From positions 1,120,001-1,184,000 of the forward strand of contig CAVWWD010000008.1 of the NCBI GenBank assembly GCA_963758635.1: 64,000 nucleotides of DNA, given 5' to 3'. Numbering within the stretch: the stretch's first letter is position 1; the number at the start of each line of letters is the position of its first letter. Positions 57,201 to 64,000 of the stretch are shown piece by piece. This stretch comes from an uncultured Candidatus Rokubacteria bacterium (GTDB taxonomy: Bacteria > Methylomirabilota > Methylomirabilia > Rokubacteriales > CSP1-6). Position numbers and translations under genes: made by a program. The notes beneath the pieces were generated by a model. The model ran no database searches. It was given only the letters and a program-made list of their open reading frames with translations, and had not been told where the DNA came from.

Positions 57201-57629
57201 TCAGCGGGAACGGCGCGGCATGAGCGCGGAGCGGCGGCGCTCCGCTCCGACGGTGGCCGCCTTCGTCGTCTTGCGGGGGGCAGCCGTCCGCCGCGGCGCC
57301 TGAACCGCGTCGAGGGCGGCCAGATCGGCGGCGCTCGCCTTGGTCGCGGCGCGCTCGATCATCCGGTAGCGCGCGATGAGGTCGTGGCCCAGGCTGGTGA
57401 GCACGGCGCCGCCTCCGCGCGCGCCGCCGAGCTGCGTCTCCACCACCGGCGAGCGGAAGCACCGGTTGAGCTCGTCGATCAGCATCCAGGCGCGCCGGTA
57501 GGACATCTTCATCGCCCGGCCCGCGGCGGAGATCGATCCGGACTCGCCCACCAGCTCCAGCAGCCGGATCTTGCCCGGGCCGATGGCGCCCTGGTCCGAC
57601 AGGTCGATGCGGAGGGTCAGCCTCGCCAC
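57201..57629 (-). CDS. ModE-family winged-helix regulator (N-terminal domain only)
   Basis: IGPGKIRLLE..GSISAAGRAMKMSYRRAW, GGARGGGA.LT. Confidence 0.85.
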   Translation of the reverse strand: MARLTLRIDLSDQGAIGPGKIRLLELVGESGSISAAGRAMKMSYRRAWMLIDELNRCFRSPVVETQLGGARGGGAVLTSLGHDLIARYRMIERAATKASAADLAALDAVQAPRRTAAPRKTTKAATVGAERRRSALMPRRSR

Positions 57630-57712
57630 GGGCGGTAGGTTATCACCCCGCGGCTCCGGTCCGGCCTTCGCCGCGGGCCCACGCCCGAGCCCTCACGGCC
57701 CCGCCCGAGCTC

Positions 57713-58966
57713 TCACGGCCCCAGGTCGGCGAGGCGGCGCTCGAGGAAGCGGCGCTGCGGCTCCTGTCGCGTGAGGGAGAGCGCCCGCTCGTAGGCGGCG
57801 CGCGCCTCGTCCACCCGACCCAGCCGGCGGCACAGGTCGGCGCGCGCGGAGTGGGCGAGCGCGTAGCCCGCGAGGTCGCCCCGCGCGAGGATGGCGTCGA
57901 TCAGGGCCAGGCCCGCCGCCGGCCCATCGCGCATCGCCACCGCGGCGGCGCGGTTCAGCTCCACCACGGGCGACGGCGCGGCACGGGCGAGCACGTCGTA
58001 CAGGCCGACGATCCGGGGCCAATCCGTGAAGGCGGCGGTGGGCGCCTCCGCGTGGGCCTCGGCGATGGCGGCCTGGAGCGTGTACGGGCCGATGCGGCGC
58101 GACGCGAGCGACCGCTCGACCAGCGCGCGTCCCTCGGCGATCAGGGCGCGATCCCAGAGCGAGCGGTCCTGGTCGGCCAGGAGCACCAGCTCGCCGTCGG
58201 AGGAGGTCCGCGCGGGGCGACGCGACTCGTGCAGCAGCATCAGGGCCAGGAGCCCCATGGCCTCGGGCTCCGGCAGGAGGTCGACCAGGAGCCGCCCCAC
58301 CCGGATGGCCTCGCCCGAGAGATCGGCCCGCGTCAGCGACTCGCCCGACGAGGCCGAGTAGCCCTCGTTGAAGACCAGGTAGACGACGTGGAGCACCGTG
58401 TCCAGGCGGTCGGGCAGCTCGCGGAGGGAGGGGACCTCGTACGGGATCCGCGCGTCGCGGATCTTCGCCTTGGCGCGGACGATGCGCTGGGCCAAGGTGG
58501 GCGGCGCGGTGAGGAACGCGCGCGCGATCTCCTCCGTGGTGAGGCCGCACACCTCGCGCAGGGTGAGCGCCACCTGCGCGTCGGGCGGCAGCGCGGGGTG
58601 GCAGCACGTGAAGATCAGCCGGAGCCGGTCGTCCTCGATCTCTTCTGCCTCGCCCGGCGCGGCGCGGGCGGCCTCGGCTTCCAGGCGCTCCGCGAGCTCC
58701 GCCTGGGAGGCGTCGAACCGCGCCCGGCGGCGCATGGCGTCGATGGCCTTGAAGCGGCCCGCGGAGATCAGCCAGGCGCGCGGGTTCCCCGGCGTGCCCT
58801 CGCGCGGCCACTGCTCGACGGCGGCGGCGAAGGCCTCGTGGAGCGCCTCCTCCGCGAGATCGAAGCCGCCGAGCAGGCGGATGAGCGTCGCGAGCACGCG
58901 GCGGGACTCGGCCTGGTAGACCGCCTCCACCGCCTCGCGCGCGCGGTCGACGGCGGGATCGCTCAT
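57713..58966 (-). CDS. ECF42-type sigma factor with C-terminal TPR-like extension
   Basis: [51 protein letters not shown]. Confidence 0.88.
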   Translation of the reverse strand: MSDPAVDRAREAVEAVYQAESRRVLATLIRLLGGFDLAEEALHEAFAAAVEQWPREGTPGNPRAWLISAGRFKAIDAMRRRARFDASQAELAERLEAEAARAAPGEAEEIEDDRLRLIFTCCHPALPPDAQVALTLREVCGLTTEEIARAFLTAPPTLAQRIVRAKAKIRDARIPYEVPSLRELPDRLDTVLHVVYLVFNEGYSASSGESLTRADLSGEAIRVGRLLVDLLPEPEAMGLLALMLLHESRRPARTSSDGELVLLADQDRSLWDRALIAEGRALVERSLASRRIGPYTLQAAIAEAHAEAPTAAFTDWPRIVGLYDVLARAAPSPVVELNRAAAVAMRDGPAAGLALIDAILARGDLAGYALAHSARADLCRRLGRVDEARAAYERALSLTRQEPQRRFLERRLADLGP

Positions 58967-58976
58967 CGGCGGGTGC

Positions 58977-59333
58977 TCAGGAGTGCGTGAGCTCCTGGAC
59001 CGGGCGCACCTCGATGATCCCGAGCCGCGCCGGCGGGAACCGGGCGGCGATCGCGCACGCCTCGTCCATGTCCCGGGCCTCGATCAGGAAGAACCCGCCG
59101 AGCTGCTCCTTGGTCTCCGCGAAGGGGCCGTCGGTGGTGGAGACCGTGCCGCCGCGGACGCGGATGGTGCGCGCCGTGCGGGCCGGCTGGAGCGCGTTCG
59201 ACACGATGTAGTGGCCGCTCCGCCGGATCTCGTCGTCGTAGTCCAGGGCCGAGTCGACCAGGGCCTGCATCTCGCCCTCGGGCAGGTCGTCCAGATCCTT
59301 CTCGTCGTGGAAGATCATGAACATGAACTTCAT
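58977..59333 (-). CDS. YCII/DGPF-domain protein
   Basis: [15 protein letters not shown]. Confidence 0.9.
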   Translation of the reverse strand: MKFMFMIFHDEKDLDDLPEGEMQALVDSALDYDDEIRRSGHYIVSNALQPARTARTIRVRGGTVSTTDGPFAETKEQLGGFFLIEARDMDEACAIAARFPPARLGIIEVRPVQELTHS

Positions 59334-59343
59334 GGGGCTCTCC

Positions 59344-59697
59344 TCACGGCCGCAGTTGCCTGATCGGCCGTATCTCGATGCTACCGTGCCGGGCCATGGG
59401 GACCTTCGACGCCACCTGGATGGCCTCGTTCAGGTCCCGGGCCTCGATCAGCAGGAACCCGCCGAGCTGCTCCTTGGTCTCGGCGAACGGGCCGTCGGTG
59501 GCGGACAGCTTGCCGCCCCGCACCCGGATGGTGGTCGCCGCCTCGACGGGCTGGAGCGCGTGCGCGACCACCAGGTGGCCGGCCCGGCGCAGGGTATCGT
59601 CGTAGGCCAGGCTCTCCTCGGTGCAGGACTCCGTCTCCGTCCGGGTCATCGCGTTCATCTCCGACTCGACCAGGTACACGAGGCAGACGTACTTCAT
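59344..59697 (-). CDS. YCII/DGPF-domain protein
   Basis: [23 protein letters not shown]. Confidence 0.9.
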   Translation of the reverse strand: MKYVCLVYLVESEMNAMTRTETESCTEESLAYDDTLRRAGHLVVAHALQPVEAATTIRVRGGKLSATDGPFAETKEQLGGFLLIEARDLNEAIQVASKVPMARHGSIEIRPIRQLRP

Positions 59698-59740
59698 GGC
59701 GCGCCTCCCGTTGCCGCCGATCGGGTGCCGACACCCCATA

Positions 59741-59766
59741 GTCGTTCCGGACAGCGGGGATCGACA
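59741..59766 (-). promoter_or_regulatory. Putative ECF42 target promoter
   Basis: TGTCGA-N16-CGAC on the minus strand upstream of the DGPF operon. Confidence 0.65.
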
Positions 59767-59809
59767 GCGCGCCGGGGCCGAGGCTCGCCCGGCCCGGTGA
59801 CTTCGAGTC

Positions 59810-60496
59810 CTAGTCGGACCGGACGGGACGCTCCCGGTAGAAGGACGGGAACGCCTTCATGAGCTGGTCGATCTTGGGCAGGTCGTGCATGACGATGTAG
59901 GGGTGTGTCGGGTGCTTGAGCAGGAAGTCCTGGTGATACGCCTCCGCCGGGTAGAAACCGTTCAGCGCGTCCACGCGGGTCACGATGGGGCGCGCGAAAG
60001 CCTTGGCCCGGCCGAGCTGGCCGATGTACGCCTGGGCGATCTTCTTCTGTGCCTCGTCCGCGTAGAACACGTTGGAGCGGTACTGCGGTCCCGTGTCCGG
60101 CCCCTGCCGGTTGAGCTGGGTCGGGTCGTGCACCACCGAGAAGTAGACGCGCAGGATCTCGCCGTATGACAGCTCGCCCGGGTCGAAGCGGATCTCGACC
60201 GACTCCGCGTGCGCGGTGGCGCCGCGGCTGACCGCGTCGTAGCTCGCCGACGCCTTGGTGCCGCCCGCGTACCCGGACAGCACCTTCTGCACCCCGCGGA
60301 CGTGCTGATAGACACCTTGCACGCCCCAGAAGCATCCGCCGGCGAGCACCGCGGTCTGCGTCGGCCCCGGCTTCTTCGGATTGTCGACGGCCGGCGCGGG
60401 AAGGACGGCCGCGTTCTCCGCGGCACGCGCCGGACCGACCATCAGCGCCGCCAGGACGGCCCCCGCCAGAGCAGCCGCACGGATCACCACCAGCAC
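59810..60496 (-). CDS. msrA: Peptide methionine sulfoxide reductase A, exported
   Basis: AGGCFWG, HDPTQLNRQGPD.G.QYRS, AEAYHQ; N-terminal signal peptide. Confidence 0.92.
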   Translation of the reverse strand: MLVVIRAAALAGAVLAALMVGPARAAENAAVLPAPAVDNPKKPGPTQTAVLAGGCFWGVQGVYQHVRGVQKVLSGYAGGTKASASYDAVSRGATAHAESVEIRFDPGELSYGEILRVYFSVVHDPTQLNRQGPDTGPQYRSNVFYADEAQKKIAQAYIGQLGRAKAFARPIVTRVDALNGFYPAEAYHQDFLLKHPTHPYIVMHDLPKIDQLMKAFPSFYRERPVRSD

Positions 60497-60589
60497 GAAC
60501 GCTAGCCTATCACCGCCCCGCGCCCGGCGCCCGACCGGGCGCGGGGCCGCCGGCGTTGCGCAAGTGCCTGACCCCGGGGACGCGGGGAG

Positions 60590-61769
60590 TCACCACTTCA
60601 CGCGGGCGCGGAAGGCTTCCAGGCGCTGGAGGGCCGCGGTGACCGTCTTCGCGGAGAGGCGGCCCTGAGCGAGGGCCTGGCGGATGGCCGCCACCACGCG
60701 CTCGGTGGCGCGCGCCTCGCGCTTCACCGTGTTCTGGGAGATCAGGAGCACGTCGACGCCGGCGCCGAGCGCCAGGATCGACGCCTCCTCGACCCCGTAG
60801 CGATGCGTGACCGCGCTCATCAGGAGATCGTCGGACACGACCAGGCCCTTGAAGCCCAGGCGTGAGCGGAGCAGGCGGTTCACGGTGAAGCGGGAGAGCG
60901 AGGCCGGGTACCACGGATCGATGTGACGGTTGAACACGTGGCCCGGCATCACGCTGTCGGCGAGGCCCGCCTTCACGAGGGCCCGATACGGCGCCAGCTC
61001 GCGCTCGAGGTCCGCGGTGTCGGAGATGTCGGTGAAGCCGTGGTGCGAGTCCACGCGGCTCGAGCCGTGGCCAGGGAAGTGCTTGAGGCAGGTCAGCACG
61101 CCCGCCGCGTGCATGCCCGCGATGAACGCGCGCGCGTGCGCGGTGACCAGGTCGGGGTCGCTCCCGAAGGTGCGCCCGAGGTTGACCACGGCGGGATTGG
61201 TGGGGTTCACCGCCACGTCCACCACCGGCGCCAGGTTCCAGTTGATCCCCGCCTCGCGCAGGCGCGTGCCCATCCGCATGGCCTCGAGCTCGGTGAGGGC
61301 GAGGTCGCCGGCGTCGCCCAGCTCCTGGTGGGACGGCGAGGAGAGATAGCCGGCGCGCGTGGACAGCCGCATCACCGCGCCGCCCTCGCCGTCCGTCGCG
61401 ATCAGCAGCGGGCGGCCCGCGCACTGCCGGGCCAGGGCCTGGAGGTCCGCGGTGAGCTTGGCGACCTGCTCGGCGCTCACGACGTTGCGCGGCGTGCGCG
61501 TGGCCACGTCGCGCTCGAAGAGGATGACCCCGCCCACCTTCACGTCGCAGATCAGCGCGCGCAAGTCGTCGTTGCCGGCGACCTCGCTGCCGTGGAATCC
61601 CACCAGCAGGAGCTCGGCCACGGGCAGGGGACGGCGCGGAGCGGGGGCGGCGGCGGCGCTCGCGCAACCCTCCAGGACGATGCACGCGGCCACGAGGAGC
61701 GGAAGGAGGCGCGCGCGGACGAGGCGGCGATCGGGAGCGCGTCCGGGAGAGCGAGAGGCCCCGCGCCAT
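60590..61769 (-). CDS. nagZ: GH3 beta-N-acetylhexosaminidase, probable lipoprotein (start uncertain)
   Basis: DGEGG.V.RL, APVVDV, KHFPGHG...DSH, SDDL. Confidence 0.8.
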
Positions 61770-61807
61770 CGGCGCGCACGGGGTCCGATGCATGGCAGAA
61801 TCATAGC

Positions 61808-62866
61808 ATGCGCGGCACGCCCTTCCTGGACCGCTGGCCGTGGCGCCGACGCCCGGCCCGACGCGGTCTGGTCCTGGCGGGCGGCGGCGTGATCGGCGGG
61901 ATGTACGAGGTGGGCGCGCTCGCCGCCCTCGAGGAGACGGTCCCCGGGTTCAACGCGAACACGCTCGACGTGTACGTGGGCTCGAGCGCGGGCTCGGTGG
62001 TGGCCGCGCTCATGGCCAACGGCATCCGGCCGCGCGAGCTCTACACCATCCTCGACGAGGGCCGTGACGACCCGCTCAACTTCCAGCGCGGCGCCATCTT
62101 CCATCGCGGCGCCTCGGCCGGGGCGGCCTGGAATTTCGCGCAGGTCCTCTGGGCGGTGGGCAAGAACGTCGTCTCGAACCTGCATTTGGACTGGCCGGAC
62201 ATCCTCGCCCGCAGCCAGGGCGAGATGCCGCCAGGCTTCTACTCGCTGCGGAACCTCGAGGAGTTCATCCGTCAGGCCTTCGCGGCCCGCGGGCTCAGCA
62301 ACGATTTCCGCTCCTGCGCGCGCCCACTCCTGATCCCGGCGATCGACATCGACCGCGGCGAGCGCGTGGTGTTCGGGCGCGGACGGCCACTCCGCCGTGC
62401 CGATCTCCGAGGCCATCGCCGCGTCGTCGGCCATCCCGGGTTCTTCGAGCCGTACCACATCGGCGGCCGCGACTACGTGGACGGCGACGTGGGCTTCACC
62501 GGCCACGCCGACCTGGCCGTGGAGGCAGGCGCGCGGCTCCTGATCGTGGTCGAATCCTCTGGTGCCGCGGCGCGAGGCCGCCACCGGCGCCACGCTCCGG
62601 CGCCACGGCCTCTACGGCATCCTGGAGCAGGTGGGCCGCATCAACAGCCAGAACCTGCTGGAGGGGGGCTGCGCGAGCTGCTCCTGCGCGAGCCCGATCT
62701 CGCGTGTCACCTCGTGCAGCCGCCCGCGGACGGCGCGCCGGTGTTCGGGCCGTCGATGGGCTTCGAGGCCAGCCGCCAGGCGCTGCGGTTCGGCTACACG
62801 TCCACGCGCGAATGGGTGGCCGCGCAGGGCGCCGCCCTGAAGCGCCGGTTCGCCGAGAGCGCCTGA
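61808..62866 (+). CDS. Patatin-like phospholipase (frameshifted)
   Basis: LAGGGVIG, GSSAG, YVDGD. Confidence 0.8.
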   Translation: MRGTPFLDRWPWRRRPARRGLVLAGGGVIGGMYEVGALAALEETVPGFNANTLDVYVGSSAGSVVAALMANGIRPRELYTILDEGRDDPLNFQRGAIFHRGASAGAAWNFAQVLWAVGKNVVSNLHLDWPDILARSQGEMPPGFYSLRNLEEFIRQAFAARGLSNDFRSCARPLLIPAIDIDRGERVVFGRGRPLRRADLRGHRRVVGHPGFFEPYHIGGRDYVDGDVGFTGHADLAVEAGARLLIVVESSGAAARGRHRRHAPAPRPLRHPGAGGPHQQPEPAGGGLRELLLREPDLACHLVQPPADGAPVFGPSMGFEASRQALRFGYTSTREWVAAQGAALKRRFAESA

Positions 62867-62879
62867 GGAGAGAGCTTCC

Positions 62880-63711
62880 ATGGAGCGTGTCCACGTCAAC
62901 GGCGTCGTCCTGGCCGTCGAGGAGTGGCCGGGCCGCGGGCCCGCCATCGTCTGCGTGCACGGGCTCAGCGCCAACCACCTGAGCTGGGACGCCTGGGCGC
63001 GCTTCCTGGCGCCGCGGCATCGCGTGATCGCCTACGACCTCCGCGGCCGCGGCGACAGCGACAAGCCCGACACCGGCTACAGCCTGGCCCAGCACGGCGC
63101 CGACCTGGCCGCCCTGCTCGACCACCTCGGGCTGCCGCGGGCCATCGTCATGGGCCACTCGCTGGGCGCGGCGATCGTCGCGCGATTCGCCGCGGACCGG
63201 CCGGAGCGCGTGGCGAAGCTCGTGCTCGGTGGACGGCGGCATGGACATGCGGCCGGAGGTCGTGGACGCGGTCGCGCCCGCGGTGAACCGCCTCGGCGTC
63301 GAGTTCGAGTCCATGGAGATGTTCCTCGGCCTCGTGCGGATGCTGCCGATGTTCCCGCGGTGGGACGAGTCGCTCGAGAAGTACTTCCGCTACGACGTGG
63401 AGACCCTGCCCTCGGGCGCGGTGCGCAGCAAGGCAGCGAAGGCCGCCATGCTGGAGGAGCTGACGAACCTCCGGCGCGAGCGGCTGTCCGCCTACCATCC
63501 GCGCATCGCCTGTCCCACGCTCATCCTGCGCGCGCCCGACGGCATCTTCACGGAGACGGACGTCATCATGTCGCAGGCGGAAGGGGAGGCGCTGGCCCGG
63601 GCCATCCCGAAGGCGGAGCTGGTGGTGCTGCCGGGGACCAACCACTACTCGATGATGCTCGGCGACAACCCCACGCTGGAGGCCGCCCTCTTCCGCTTCC
63701 TGGACGCCTGA
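62880..63711 (+). CDS. Alpha/beta hydrolase (frameshift near 63228)
   Basis: HGLSAN, DLRGRGDSD, GHSLG, C-terminal NH. Confidence 0.8.
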
Positions 63712-63794
63712 AGACTGCCGCGGCGCTCCCGGGACGTGCCGAGACGGCCGCTCTGGGGCGGGTGTCATGCTCGCATGACTTCGCGGGCGGGAAG

Positions 63795-64000
63795 CTACGG
63801 CGCCGGGACGACGACGGGCGGCGGGACGGCCGGGGTCGGGACCCGGGGCGGGGGCGGCGCCGTGTTGGGCGGCCGGGGCGCAGTGTGAAAGGTGTCCTCG
63901 ACGCCCGGGGTGATGCGCCGCATCTGATCGCTGACCCTCGCGGCCTCGAGGGCGGTGCCCACGACCCTCGGCGTGATCAGCAGGATCAGCTCGGTCTTCT
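63795..64000 (-). CDS. Secretin (GspD/PilQ-like) 3' end (partial)
   Basis: KTELILLITPRVV followed by a Pro-rich tail. Confidence 0.7.
   Translation of the reverse strand, partial: KTELILLITPRVVGTALEAARVSDQMRRITPGVEDTFHTAPRPPNTAPPPPRVPTPAVPPPVVVPAP

Overview
Very GC-rich bacterial chromosome segment. Gene style tentatively suggests Ca. Rokubacteria/Methylomirabilota; this is inference only. Many single-base frameshifts in conserved genes look like long-read assembly indels. Content in order: end of a urease accessory cluster (ureG, ureD); a stand-alone Fis-type HTH gene; a Pho/Pst cluster (phoB-like, phoR, sthA, second phoB-like, pstSCAB, phoU); nadE; envelope genes (MsbA-like ABC, GT4, DegT); Mrp; a TRAP transporter with an amidase; a NodU-type carbamoyltransferase; prs; a degraded hybrid kinase/HPt/receiver-cyclase locus; an aromatic-CoA monooxygenase cluster; nucleoside hydrolase and ribokinase; a molybdenum-related cluster; an ECF42 sigma factor with DGPF genes; msrA; nagZ; patatin; and a secretin 3' end. 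Signals missed by the ORF track: (1) two selenoproteins split at in-frame TGA codons, each with a SECIS-like hairpin (OsmC-like and SelW/Rdx CxxU); (2) four copies of a ~100-bp repeat with terminal inverted repeats, all sense-oriented directly upstream of a gene and carrying a short ORF fused or coupled to that gene; (3) an anthraniloyl/salicylyl-CoA-type monooxygenase fused to a PPOX-class (putatively F420-dependent) domain; (4) repeated TANNNT-7/8 nt-start-codon leaderless gene starts; (5) a tandem pair of small Cys-containing lipoproteins and a cysteine-free Mrp.
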